Of a stretch of 64,000 bases of DNA, positions 1-11,679 are shown one piece after another (position 1 is the first letter of the stretch; every line of letters starts with the position of its first letter). The notes under the pieces were generated by a model that was not told the DNA's origin, did no database searches, and saw only the letters and a program-made list of their open reading frames with translations. Source of the stretch: an uncultured Acidobacteriota bacterium (GTDB lineage Bacteria; Acidobacteriota; UBA6911); the NCBI GenBank assembly GCA_963843575.1, contig CAWJKZ010000010.1, positions 320,001 through 384,000 of the forward strand, written 5' to 3'. Both the position numbers and the translations under genes were made by a program.

Positions 1-1404
1 CGCCGATCCACCTCCGATGCGGATGCCTTGCCCGCGCCGCGCCAGGCCGTAAGCGACGGCGCCGCGCGCGACCGCCAGATCGGGGGTCTCGTTGTCGAGC
101 AGCGCGACCGGGCCGCCGCGCCAATCCTGGAGCACTTCCACCAGGCGCCGGGCCAGCAGCCTGCCGCGAAAGACGCCGCCGTTGAGTAGCATCGCGTCCG
201 GGAAGGCCGGGGAATCCTCCGTGCCCAAGGCGTCGCGGCAGGCGTGGGCATGACCCGCGAGGAAAGCCGCCAGGTGACGGGTGACGGAGGGGTCGGCGGC
301 GTAGGGTAATCCGAACTCGACAATCCCGCCGCGCAGGCTTTGCGGTCTGTCCTCGGACGCCACGCGGGGGAAGAAACCTTCCACCAGCGCCTGCCGGACC
401 TCCTCCCGCGTCAACACGGCCGAGCGCGCCCCCGCGACGAGGCGTGCCCCGGCACCGAGCACGGTCACGGTGGCGGATTCCGGAGCATCCTCGGGGGCAA
501 GCAGCCGCTCCTTGGCGCCGCGGCACTGCTGGATGAGCTGGGACAGGTCTGCGGCCCCGAGCTTCGCCCCCGACTTCACGATGCGCGCCTCGGCCAGATG
601 CGCGAGCGCGAGGTCCATGTTGTCGCCGCCGAGCATGAGGTGGTCGCCGACGCCGATGCGCACCAGTCGCGGTTGGCCTGTGCCCTGTTCGACCTTGATG
701 AGGGTGAAGTCCGTGGTCCCGCCCCCCACGTCGCACACCAGCAGCAGCCGCACTCCGCCCAGCGCTCGTTCAAGTTCCGCGCCGTGGCGTGCGAGCCAGT
801 CGTAGCACGCCGCCTGCGGCTCCTCGAGCAGGCGCACGCGGGCGAGGCCCGCCAGGGCCGCGGCCTGGACGGTGAGGGCCCGCGCGGATTCGTCGAAGGA
901 TGCGGGGACCGTCAGGACGATCTCCTGCTCCTGCAGCGGGTCGGCCGGAAACCTGTGGTTCCACGCCGCACGCAGGTGCGCGAGATAGCTTGCGCTCGCG
1001 TGCAGCGGCGAGATCCGGGCGACATCGCCGGGCGCGCCCCAGGGAAGAATCGGTTCGGTCCGGTCGACGGAGCGGTGTGACAGCCAGCTCTTGGCGCTCG
1101 ATATGAGGCGGCCGGGGACGCGCGAGCCAAACTCGCGCGCCAGTTCCCCGACAACACCGGCGGGCAGGTGCAACGCGAGATCCGGATTCGGCCAGGGGAG
1201 CGCAACGTCGTCCGGGGCCACTTCCCCTTCGCCCGGGTGGTAGCGGAGCGAGGGGAGCAGCGGGCGTCGGCCGACCTCGCCGGGCGCGACCAGCTGCTCG
1301 ATCTCAAACAGCGCGGGCGACGTCTGGCCCGGCCCGTCGATCGCGGCGAAGGCAGCCACCGTGTGGGTGGTGCCCAGATCGATGCCGACCAGGTAGCGCG
1401 CCAT
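1..1404 (-). CDS. Atypical Hsp70 (DnaK-related) ATPase, 5' part; runs off the window start
   Basis: Manual translation from ATG at 1404 gives MARYLVGIDLGTTHT..., then TVPASFDE, LLEEPQAA, DVGGGTTD, VGDHLMLGGDNMD, GLPYAADP and LLNGGVF, all Hsp70 NBD-type motifs. Absent from the ORF track, presumably because it has no stop in the window. Confidence 0.88.
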   Translation of the reverse strand, partial: MARYLVGIDLGTTHTVAAFAAIDGPGQTSPALFEIEQLVAPGEVGRRPLLPSLRYHPGEGEVAPDDVALPWPNPDLALHLPAGVVGELAREFGSRVPGRLISSAKSWLSHRSVDRTEPILPWGAPGDVARISPLHASASYLAHLRAAWNHRFPADPLQEQEIVLTVPASFDESARALTVQAAALAGLARVRLLEEPQAACYDWLARHGAELERALGGVRLLLVCDVGGGTTDFTLIKVEQGTGQPRLVRIGVGDHLMLGGDNMDLALAHLAEARIVKSGAKLGAADLSQLIQQCRGAKERLLAPEDAPESATVTVLGAGARLVAGARSAVLTREEVRQALVEGFFPRVASEDRPQSLRGGIVEFGLPYAADPSVTRHLAAFLAGHAHACRDALGTEDSPAFPDAMLLNGGVFRGRLLARRLVEVLQDWRGGPVALLDNETPDLAVARGAVAYGLARRGQGIRIGGGSA

Positions 1405-1410
1405 CACGCG

Positions 1411-3247
1411 TCAGCTCTCCGACGAACCGCGCACGTTGAATTCGACCCCCCACCTCTCGGGCCCCTGGCGCGGCGAGGCCTCGAGCTTCAGGGTGCCGAC
1501 CTCGGTCACGCGCGCGTGCAGCGTCACCGGCACGATCTCGCCGGGGCTGCGCCCGTCGGCCGGCAGCTCTGCCTGGATCGCTTCCAGTTCCTCCAGCTCG
1601 CCGGCGCCCCAATCCTCGAGCAGGGTGCCGACCTCGTCGTGCCGGCGCACCGTGGAGCCGAAAAAACGGAAGCGGACGGGCTGGCCGATCACAAGCCCCA
1701 ACTGGCGGCCGGGGAGCGCGGCCTCGGTCCCCTCCTCCATGCCGAACGGGGCGACACAGAGCGCGTGCACCGGGGGCTCGATGCCGGGGACAGCCGGGAC
1801 AGCGCTCTCGACGCCGACATAGTAGGCGCGCGCGGTCCCCCCGCGGATGCGGACCCCGCGACCCCGGCGGACGCAGCCGTAGTAAGCCGCGCCCCGGGCG
1901 ACCGCCAGATCCAGGTCCGCGCCCTGCCAGCATCCGGGCGGGCTCCGCCCCGGCATCCCGCAGCCAAGCGCCGATCACACCGGAGACGCGTTCGACAAGG
2001 GCGCCGGCCTTGAAAACGCCGCCGTTGAACAGCACGGCGGTCGGCCGGATGAAGCCGGTCCCGGCCCCGAACCCTTGCAAGTCGGCGGCCGCCTCCAGCT
2101 GACGCCCCAGGAATCCCGCCAGGTGCCGCGTGATCGCGGGGTCCTGCGCGTAGGGCAGCCCCACCCGGGTCAGGGCGGTTCTCGCCCGCGCCGCGGGCCG
2201 GGCGGAAACCTCGACCATGGGGAAGAAGCCTTCGATCAGGGTCTCGACGACCTCTTTTCGGGTGAGCTCGGTCCGGACGGTCTTGCCGACCAGCCGCGAG
2301 CCGCGGCCCGGCACCGCTATTGGGCAGGACTTCGTCCCGGCGTCGGACAGCAGCGTCTCCTTCGCCGCGCGGCAGCCGTGGGTCAGCGCCTGGAGCTGCC
2401 AGCCGTCCAGCTCCTTCCCTTCCCTGCTCAGCTTGGCCTTCACCACGTGCGCCAGCGCCAGGTCCATGTTGTCGCCGCCCAGGAGGATGTGATCGCCGAC
2501 CGCGATGCGGCGGAGCTCTACGGAGCCGTCGCGATCGGTGACGGCGATCAGGGAGAAATCGGTCGTGCCGCCGCCCACGTCCACCACCAGGACGACGTCG
2601 CCGGGTTTCACCTGCGCGCGCCACGAGTCGCCGCCGGCGTGGATCCAGTGATAGAAGGCGGCCTGCGGCTCCTCGAGCAGCGCCATTCTCTCGCAACCGG
2701 CCTGCGCGGCCGCCTCGGCCGTCAGCTCCCGCGCGGCCGGATCGAACGAGGCCGGGACCGTGAGGATGACGTCCTGCTCGCGCAGCGGGGCGTCCGGGTG
2801 TGCGAGGTCCCAGGCCTCGCGCATGTGGGCCAGGTACCGGACGGATGCCTCGAGGGGCGATACGCGCCTCACCTCGTCGGGAGCGTCGAGGGGCAGGATC
2901 GCGGCGCGGCGGTCCACCCCGGCGTTCGAGAGCCAGCTTTTGGCGCTCGACACGAGCCGGATCGGCGTGGCGGCGCCGCGCGTGCGCGCGAGTTCCCCGA
3001 CCAGGACGTCGGAAGAGGCGTCCCACGGCAGCCCGAGATCCGAGGCCGACATCTCCTCGGGGTGCGGCAGATAGAGGAACGAGGGGAGCAACAGCCGCTC
3101 CTCCACGCTGCCGGGGGCTGTCAATTGGGGTATCGTCATCGTCTCGACCGCGGCCCTGTCCTGCTCGGTCTGGGCAAGATCCGTAAAGGACATCGCACAG
3201 TTGGTGGTACCCAGGTCGATCCCCACGGCGTAACGCGCGTCGGTCAC
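1411..3247 (-). CDS. Atypical Hsp70 family protein (about 610 aa), one apparent frameshift near 1925
   Basis: GTG at 3247 overlaps the upstream stop. Motifs GIDLGTTN, LTVPASFD, LLEEPQAA, VDVGGGTTD, GDHILLGGDNMD. The C-terminus continues in ORF 1411..1956 (DLDLAVARGAAYY...WGVEFNVR). Confidence 0.88.
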
Positions 3248-3808
3248 AGTTCTACCTCCGCCGGGGCGAGAATGCGTGTGTCGTGGGTCCGGGAGACCTT
3301 GGGCAACTTCACCTCGGCCGCGCGCCATCCGCGATGGATCAGGCTGCCGGTAAAGGGCGCCCTGCCGACGACGTTGCCGGTCAGCCGGACGGAAGAGGGA
3401 TCGAACCCGTCCTGCAACGTGACCCGGCTTCCTTCGGGCTCGTTTCGCAGCGGCACGATCGAGAAGTGGTCGCGCACCGCCTTGCGGCAGCCTTCGTGCA
3501 CGACGCGCGCCGCAGCCCCGATCTCCGCGTCGGAAAAAGCGGACACGTCCTCCTCGAGGAAATCGATCAGCCGCCCCTCCTGCTGCAGCAGGCCGAGAAG
3601 CTGCAGGGCTGCGTCCGGCGCCGCTGTGGAAAAGCCGGGCGCCGCGCCCGGCGCCGGTTTTGCCTTGCCCGGCGCGACCGGGGCAGGCGCAGGCGGGCGC
3701 AACTGCTTCTCAATAGCCGCGGCGGTCTCGGGCTCCGAAATCGTGCGGAAAAACGCGGCGAACGCCAGCGACAGGCGCTTGAAGAAACGGGAGGCTCGGC
3801 TCGGTCAT
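3244..3808 (-). CDS. DUF2760-domain protein; probable 1-nt frameshift just after ATG 3808
   Basis: ALQLLGLLQQEGRLIDFLEED...IGAAARVVHEGC...RLTGNVVG.APFTGSLIHRGW matches the DUF2760 pattern, a family usually found upstream of these Hsp70-like pairs. GGAG precedes ATG 3808. Confidence 0.8.
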
Positions 3809-3953
3809 CTCTGCTCCTAGAAAGTGTCGCAGGAATCATAGATGGTCACGCGACTGCCTCCAAGGGGTCTCGGGGGCCTAAGAGATGAATTTCAGGGGTC
3901 ACTCCGAGGCTCGAAGGGCCCTAAGAATCTCGAAGATAGCCCCGAACTCGCAG

Positions 3954-3983
3954 TTGATTCGTAAGCAGGTCTTTTGGTAGAAT
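3954..3983 (+). promoter_or_regulatory. Putative sigma70 promoter for tRNA-Gly
   Basis: TTGATT-18 nt-TAGAAT with an extended -10 TG, 12 nt before the tRNA. Confidence 0.55.
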
Positions 3984-3995
3984 GGCCCGCCAAGA

Positions 3996-4070
<75 letters not shown>

Positions 4071-4239
4071 TTCCAATCTGAACTCCCCAACAGCTTAGCG
4101 AAAGACAAGAACGACAGGCGGACGCGTTTGTAGGGGCCTGCCGGGCGCCTCGCGGCATCGCCCGCAAGTGGCGGTACAGATCCGCGACGGCGTAGGTCAC
4201 TACCGCAAAAAAAGTCAAACGCGGCAGATCTCGTGAAGT

Positions 4240-4330
4240 TTGGACGGGGATTTTCGCGGTTCCACGCGGATATTGACCTTGTGACAGGCCGCGTGAATCG
4301 GTCGAATCCGTGGAATCCGCGTCCTGTTGT
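4240..4330 (-). repeat. Degenerate copy of the core of repeat family B
   Basis: Minus strand reads ACAGGACGCGGATTCCACGGATTC...CACGCGGCCTGTCACAAGGTC...ATCCCCGTCC, which aligns with the core of the copies at 51448, 53900 and 60085. Confidence 0.55.
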
Positions 4331-4348
4331 GTTACTCGGTGACCGGCC

Positions 4349-5137
4349 TCACTGAGCCGGCCGGCCCCGGGCCTGCATCAGCGCCCGTCCGGTCGGCAGT
4401 ATCCGGACCGAGTCGATCTCGCGCAGTCTGGCCAGGAGTTTCTCCAGGTATCCGGGGCTTATGGGGCCCCAACCCTCTTCGTCCAACCCGTGGAGGTTGT
4501 AGACCATCCAGCCTTGGGGCTGGGCCAGGAGCTTCTCGACCGTTCCGTCGACATGTTTCTCCGCACTGTCGGGGCCCCAGCCTCCCGTCGTCACCTTGCA
4601 GGTTCCCGGAGCCGGGAGAGGATTGATCATCCCACCGGTCGTGCGAAACGCCATGAACACCGTCGGGAGCCATTCTTCCAGCTCCGGGGAAGACTGGTTG
4701 TAGGGGAAGTTGAATACCGCCCTTTTCGCGTCGAACCCGCGCAATTCCCTCGAAAACACGTCCAGGCACCTGAGGATCAGGTCCTTGGCCTCGGGCAGCG
4801 GAATACTCGCCAGGTGGGCGTGGCGGTAACCGTGAGGCATGATCTCGTGGCCGCGATCCTGGAGCTCGTTCCATAATCCGAAGTCGCCGAACAACTCCTG
4901 TTTCATGTAGTCGTCCCGCACCTCGTTCCCGGGCATGTGTGCCGACGCGATGATGTTGAAACAGGCCGACAGGCTGAACTTCTCGTAGATCCCGGCGATC
5001 CGGGTGAAGGACTTCCTGAACCCGTCGTCGAAGCTCAGGCTCACGATGTGCCGCCTTGCGGCGGCGGGCTGCACCGGGGCCGAAAAACCGGTCAAAGCTG
5101 CCGCCGCCACCGTACCGACGAACTCCCTGCGTCTCAT
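4349..5137 (-). CDS. Polysaccharide deacetylase (CE4/NodB) with Tat signal
   Basis: MRRREFVG twin-arginine signal, SLSFDDG, GHEIMPHGYRH, FNFPY. ATG 5137 is preceded by GAAAGGA. Confidence 0.85.
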   Translation of the reverse strand: MRRREFVGTVAAAALTGFSAPVQPAAARRHIVSLSFDDGFRKSFTRIAGIYEKFSLSACFNIIASAHMPGNEVRDDYMKQELFGDFGLWNELQDRGHEIMPHGYRHAHLASIPLPEAKDLILRCLDVFSRELRGFDAKRAVFNFPYNQSSPELEEWLPTVFMAFRTTGGMINPLPAPGTCKVTTGGWGPDSAEKHVDGTVEKLLAQPQGWMVYNLHGLDEEGWGPISPGYLEKLLARLREIDSVRILPTGRALMQARGRPAQ

Positions 5138-5329
5138 GGCCGTTCCTTTCTGCGCCCCGGGTCGGGCCCGACCCGGAGCCGTCGTCGTTGTCGAACCGGA
5201 TTGCCGTTTTATATCATTGACAGGCTCGGGCCGTGAGAGTGATCTGAGTCGGATGTTCTGGCCGTGGGCGGCACGGGCGCCGATGAGATTCAGGTAAGAT
5301 AGATAATCTGCATCGAAAGGGGCCGGCCT

Positions 5330-6337
5330 GTGAGAAACGCGCTGAGATACACCGGGGTCGCGGCCGCCGCAACCGCGGCGCTTTGTTCGGTCTATCTCTA
5401 TCGCACGATCCAGCTTGGGCGCGGCGACGCACAACCCGTTCAGATCGAGAATCTGAACCCGCGCGGGGAGATGCTCGGCCCAGAGGGCATGGCGTTTGAC
5501 GCCCAGGGCAACCTGTATGTCGGTGACGCATCGGGAGTCGTGTGGAGATTCGAGCGCGGTGGCCCTCCGGCCGTGTATGCCCACCTGGACCAGCTGCAGC
5601 CCCCGGCGGGGATTCACGCCGGCGGCATGGTGTTCGACGCACAAGGGAACCTGTACGTGGCGACCTTCGGTTTTGCGCGCGGGTCGATTCTGAGGATCGA
5701 CCCGGAGAGGAAGGTGCGCTTCTTCGCCCGGGACATCGGAAGCGCGAATGCGCTCGCCGTCACGTCGGACGGCCGTCACCTCTGGGCTTCCGACGGCAGC
5801 CGGTCGGGACGGGTGTTGCGTTATCCGCTGGGCGGGGGGGACCCGGCTCAGCCGGACCTCGCGGTTCAGGGGTTTCGGTATCCGAATGGGATCGCCCTGG
5901 GGAAAGACGAGGCGGCGCTGTTCGTCGCGGAAACCTATTCGGGCAGCATCGTGCGGGTCGACCTTCACGAAACCGGCGCCGGTTCCCCCGAGAGGATAAT
6001 CGAGATCAAAGGGGCATTCAGCAGGGGCACGCTGGACGGGCTGGCCTTCGACCCGAGGGACCAGGGCCGGCGGTTTCTGTACGTGGCGGAGAACCTGCGG
6101 GGGATGTTCACGGTCGTCGATCTGGCAGCCAGGCCTCCCGGTGTGGTCAGGCGCTACTCCGTGTCGCTGATGGGCGGCCGCCCCTGCCCCGCGTCCACCC
6201 TGATCCGCGACGGCTACCTGTACTTCACCGACCCCTGGGCCTGCTCGCCCCTGAGGCTGCTGGCCGGGTCACCCACGTACCACCGGCACACGTTCCGGTT
6301 CAGGCTCCTCGACCTGTCGACCCTGTACAACCCCTGA
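5330..6337 (+). CDS. SMP-30/gluconolactonase/LRE-family beta-propeller protein
   Basis: PEGMAFDAQGNLYV repeats, YPNGIALG, DGLAFD; hydrophobic N-terminal anchor. Confidence 0.8.
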   Translation: MRNALRYTGVAAAATAALCSVYLYRTIQLGRGDAQPVQIENLNPRGEMLGPEGMAFDAQGNLYVGDASGVVWRFERGGPPAVYAHLDQLQPPAGIHAGGMVFDAQGNLYVATFGFARGSILRIDPERKVRFFARDIGSANALAVTSDGRHLWASDGSRSGRVLRYPLGGGDPAQPDLAVQGFRYPNGIALGKDEAALFVAETYSGSIVRVDLHETGAGSPERIIEIKGAFSRGTLDGLAFDPRDQGRRFLYVAENLRGMFTVVDLAARPPGVVRRYSVSLMGGRPCPASTLIRDGYLYFTDPWACSPLRLLAGSPTYHRHTFRFRLLDLSTLYNP

Positions 6338-6345
6338 GCGGGCTT

Positions 6346-6705
6346 TCAGAAGGCGTCCCGGAGCAGTTCGACGGCCTCAGAGGGCTCCCCCGGGGCGACG
6401 ACCGAGACGATGTCGAAGCGCCACGCGTACCCTCCCAGATCGTACCGCGCGAGGAACTCCCCGGCCGTGCGGCGCAGCTTCTGCTTCTTCTGCCAGTCGA
6501 CAAACTCCCACGGTTCGCCAAACGCGCTCCGGGCGCGGGCCTTCACCTCGACAAACACCAGCACGGCGCCGTCGAACGCGACGATGTCGAGCTCCCCGCC
6601 GCGGCCGCGAAACCGCCGGGCCAGTATGTCGTACCCCAGCCGCATCAGGTAGCGGCAGGCGCACCGCTCGCCCAGGCGCCCAAGACGCAGGTGGGCCGCC
6701 TCCAT
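6346..6705 (-). CDS. yraN: YraN family (UPF0102) nuclease-like protein
   Basis: LGRLGERCACRYL...GELDIVA...LVFVEVKAR...RFDIVSV. Confidence 0.9.
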   Translation of the reverse strand: MEAAHLRLGRLGERCACRYLMRLGYDILARRFRGRGGELDIVAFDGAVLVFVEVKARARSAFGEPWEFVDWQKKQKLRRTAGEFLARYDLGGYAWRFDIVSVVAPGEPSEAVELLRDAF

Positions 6706-6830
6706 GAACGGGTAGTTTCGCCGGATCCGGTTAAATTTGCGGGATACTATACAAATAACTTCTCACGGAAGCCGCGGAAAAAAACGGAGGACACGGAAGG
6801 ACTCAGTCTGGAACCCATCGGTGACCAAGG

Positions 6831-8222
6831 TCAGCGGGTCCTTTTCCAGCGGATGCCATCCCTGGTGTCTTCCAGCAGGATGCCCTGGGACGACAGCCAG
6901 TCGCGAATCGCGTCGGCCGCGGCAAAATCGCGCCTGCGGCGCGCCGCCTGCCGTTCCTCGATTTTCCGGAGTATTTCGTCGTCGAGCAGCTTCGGCTCGG
7001 GGGGAAGCACGTCGAAAACGGCGTCGACCTCACGAATGAACGCGAGGGCCAGCGCCGCGTCCCCGGGGGTTACGGCGCCGCGGCCGAGATCCTGGTAGGT
7101 CGTGTGCACGAAATCGAAAACCGCAGCCAGGGCCGCCGACGTATTCAGGTCGTCGTCCATGGCGTCGGTATATCGGAGGCGGGCGACGGCCACTGCGGCG
7201 GCGAAGGCCTCCGACCGCGGAGCCTCGCCCGCGACTTCCTTCATGCGTAGCGTGAAATCCGCAAGCCGCTGGATGGACGCCTGCGCCTGCCGCAGCCCGT
7301 CAGTCGTGAAATTCAGCTGTCTGCGGTAGTTTACCGAAAGCAGCAGATAACGGATCGCCTCCGAGGTGTGCCCCTGGGCGAGAAGGTCCCGCAAGGTGAA
7401 CTGGTTCCCCTTGGACTTCGACATCTTCTCGCCTTCGATCAGGAGAAACTCCGGGTGTACCCAGTAGCGGACGAACGGCCTTCCGGTCGCCCCTTCGCTC
7501 TGGGCAATTTCGTTTTCGTGGTGGGGGAAGACCAGGTCGACCCCGCCGCAGTGTATGTCGAAAGTCTCGCCCAAGTACTTCATGCTCATCGCGGAGCACT
7601 CGATGTGCCAGCCGGGCCGGCCCGGGCCGAGCGCGGTCTCCCAGAAATCCTCACCCTCCTTCGACGCCTTCCATAGCGCAAAATCGCGCGCGTCGTCCTT
7701 CTCGTACTCGTCACTGTCGCCGCGCGCGCCAGGCTGCATCGCCGCAAAATCTTTCTTGCTGAGCTTCCCGTACCCGGGGAAACGGGCGATGCTGAAATAG
7801 ATGGATCCGTCGCGCCGGTAGGTGAAACCCCTCTCTTCCAGTTTCCGGATCAGCTCGACCATCTCGGGGATGTGTTCGGTCGCCCGGGGCATCAGTTCCG
7901 GCTGCTCGAGGCGAAGCGCGCGACTGTCCTCGAGGAAGGCCTCGGTGTACCGGGCCGTGTACTGCGCCAGGGTCACGCCCTGCTGGCGGGCGTTCCTGAT
8001 GGTCTTGTCGTCGACGTCCGTGATGTTCATGACGTGAACGACCCTGAACCCCCGGTACCGCAAATACCTGCGCAGAAGGTCCTGAAACGAAAAAGTGCGG
8101 AAGTTGCCGATGTGGGCATAGTCGTAAACCGTCGGACCGCAGGTGTAGAGCCGTACGACCCCGTCCTCGATCGGGTGAAACTCCTCCTTGGTCCCGGTCA
8201 GCGTGTTGTGCAGCTTGATCAT
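6831..8222 (-). CDS. cysS: Cysteine--tRNA ligase
   Basis: YTCGPTVYDYAHIGN, GRPGWHIECSAMS, DIHCGGVDLVFPHHENE, KMSKS. Confidence 0.98.
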   Translation of the reverse strand: MIKLHNTLTGTKEEFHPIEDGVVRLYTCGPTVYDYAHIGNFRTFSFQDLLRRYLRYRGFRVVHVMNITDVDDKTIRNARQQGVTLAQYTARYTEAFLEDSRALRLEQPELMPRATEHIPEMVELIRKLEERGFTYRRDGSIYFSIARFPGYGKLSKKDFAAMQPGARGDSDEYEKDDARDFALWKASKEGEDFWETALGPGRPGWHIECSAMSMKYLGETFDIHCGGVDLVFPHHENEIAQSEGATGRPFVRYWVHPEFLLIEGEKMSKSKGNQFTLRDLLAQGHTSEAIRYLLLSVNYRRQLNFTTDGLRQAQASIQRLADFTLRMKEVAGEAPRSEAFAAAVAVARLRYTDAMDDDLNTSAALAAVFDFVHTTYQDLGRGAVTPGDAALALAFIREVDAVFDVLPPEPKLLDDEILRKIEERQAARRRRDFAAADAIRDWLSSQGILLEDTRDGIRWKRTR

Positions 8223-8249
8223 TGTGTCCCGTGCCGTAAGTGGAGCCCC

Positions 8250-8278
8250 AGCTTACTTTGGGATCCAGACAGAGTCAA
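8250..8278 (-). promoter_or_regulatory. Putative sigma70 promoter for cysS
   Basis: TTGACT-17 nt-TAAGCT on the minus strand, 27 nt upstream of the ATG. Confidence 0.5.
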
Positions 8279-8321
8279 GCCGACGCCAGTCCGCCCGGTG
8301 CCGCGCGCCGGTAGCCGGCCC

Positions 8322-9938
8322 TCAAGATCCGATGCCGTGCCTCTCGAGACGGACGAGAACGAGCTTGCCCTGTCTGCCGATGACGGTGGCCGAGCAACCC
8401 TGACGGCTGCGGAGTTCAGGGAGGCGGATCTCCTCGGTCACCACCAGGATCCGTGGGTACCGTTCGGCGAGGCCGTCCAGCGCCGCCGCATCCGGGAGGT
8501 CTTCGGCGACCCGGTACCCGGTGTAGTAGTGCAGGGTGTGGTGGAAAAACTTGTAGCTGACGATCGGCTCGCCCGGAGCACGGGCGGAGAGCGCTTCACG
8601 GGCTATGTCCCGCGTCGAGTGCCGAGCCGCCATCCCCGGGTAGGCGACGGCCGTCAGGGTTACGATGACCATCATCGACTGCGCGACGACCAGCGCCCCG
8701 GCCGCCGTCCAGCGGGACTTCAGCAGGAACAGAGAGGCGGGGACGACAGGCAGGAACGTGACGGCGCCCAGCAACAGGGCGCCGCCACTGCCCGTGTGAT
8801 AGCCGCGCTGGAGAAGAATCGGGAGCGCGACGCCGACGGCGGCGGAGGTCACCAGCCCGGCCCAGGCGATCGCAGCAGATGTCCGGCGGTTCCGGCTCTC
8901 CGACCCGGACAGTTCAGCCAGCCTGGCGCCCAGGAGCAAGGCGAGCGGCGGAAGCACGGGCAGGATGTAGCCCGGCAGCTTCGATCGGGACAGGGAAAAG
9001 AAAACGAGAGGGACCAGCGTCCACACGACCAGGAAAAACCGCGCAGGATCGCGCTCCGGGAGTGTGCGGATCCGCCGCCAGCCCCCGCCGGCCGGGATGA
9101 GCGCCGCCAGCCACCCTGTCCAGGGGTACACCAGCCCGAGCAACACCGGGGCGTAATAATAGAAGGGCTCGCTGTGGTGGTGCAGCTCACTGACGTACCG
9201 GGCGAGATTGTGGTTGATGAAGAAAAAAGCGACGAAGGCGAAGCCGTTTTCGCGGAAGGCCAGATAGAACCAGGGGCATGCCACCGCGGCGACGATGAGC
9301 GCGCCCGCAAGAGGGTGCAATTGTCGCAGGCGCCAGGCAGGCCTGAAGCACCAGAAGACCGCGACAATCGCCCCCGCGAGGAGCAACGCCACGGGCCCCT
9401 TGGCGAGCACAGCCAACCCGAGAAAAACGTATCCCAAGGCCGCGGTGCCGGTCGAGCCACGGCCGGCGGCACGTGCGGCGAGCAGTGACAGGGCCACGGT
9501 CAGGGTGGCGGTGAAGGGCATGTCGGTCGAGGCGCTCCTGCCGAATGCCGCAAATCCGACGTTCGTAAGCAGGATTGCAGCCCCGGCGAGGCCGGCCAGC
9601 CCCCCCCACAGCATTCTCCCCAGCCCATACAGCGCAAGCGCCGCCAGGAAGGCCATGAGGGTGGAACCCAGCCGCGCCGCGGTCTCCGTGGGCCCAAGCC
9701 AGCGGACCAGGGGAATGGTAATCCAATAATAGAGCGGCGGCTTCTCGAGCCAGGGCCTCCCCTCGAGCACGGGAGTCACCCAGCGGTGCGCCGCGCTCAT
9801 CTCCTGGGCGATCCGGGCATAACGCGGCTCGTCGGCCCCGATCAACGGCAGACTTCCGAGACGGAACAGGAGGGTGGCCGACGAGATGAAGGCCAGCAGC
9901 AGGACGGAGGCGGATGTGCTGTACGCTATTCTGTGCAC
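8322..9938 (-). CDS. ArnT-like GT-C membrane glycosyltransferase
   Basis: DEPRYARIAQEM, LEKPPLYYW, STDMP, LAKGPVA, FFSLSRSKLPGYILP; many transmembrane segments. Confidence 0.88.
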   Translation of the reverse strand: MHRIAYSTSASVLLLAFISSATLLFRLGSLPLIGADEPRYARIAQEMSAAHRWVTPVLEGRPWLEKPPLYYWITIPLVRWLGPTETAARLGSTLMAFLAALALYGLGRMLWGGLAGLAGAAILLTNVGFAAFGRSASTDMPFTATLTVALSLLAARAAGRGSTGTAALGYVFLGLAVLAKGPVALLLAGAIVAVFWCFRPAWRLRQLHPLAGALIVAAVACPWFYLAFRENGFAFVAFFFINHNLARYVSELHHHSEPFYYYAPVLLGLVYPWTGWLAALIPAGGGWRRIRTLPERDPARFFLVVWTLVPLVFFSLSRSKLPGYILPVLPPLALLLGARLAELSGSESRNRRTSAAIAWAGLVTSAAVGVALPILLQRGYHTGSGGALLLGAVTFLPVVPASLFLLKSRWTAAGALVVAQSMMVIVTLTAVAYPGMAARHSTRDIAREALSARAPGEPIVSYKFFHHTLHYYTGYRVAEDLPDAAALDGLAERYPRILVVTEEIRLPELRSRQGCSATVIGRQGKLVLVRLERHGIGS

Positions 9939-9976
9939 GATGGCGGTTCATGTTACAGGCACCCGTCCAAAATGCA

Positions 9977-10001
9977 AAGGGCCCCGGTTGACGGGGCCCT
10001 T
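9977..10001 (-). terminator. Intrinsic terminator after groL
   Basis: AAGGGCCCCG / CGGGGCCCTT stem followed by TGCATTTT on the minus strand. Confidence 0.75.
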
Positions 10002-10032
10002 CGTCGCGGTGCTTTCCCGGTGTGCCCGGGGA

Positions 10033-11658
<1,626 letters not shown>

Positions 11659-11679
11659 TTAGAGCTCCTTAAGTTAAGC

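Noticed and set aside
5138-5968. Long N-terminal extensions in the ORF track (deacetylase, purC, both GT2s, DoxX, cytochrome)
   Set aside because: The extensions overlap other genes or intergenic DNA; downstream starts with RBS and family-typical N-termini fit better.
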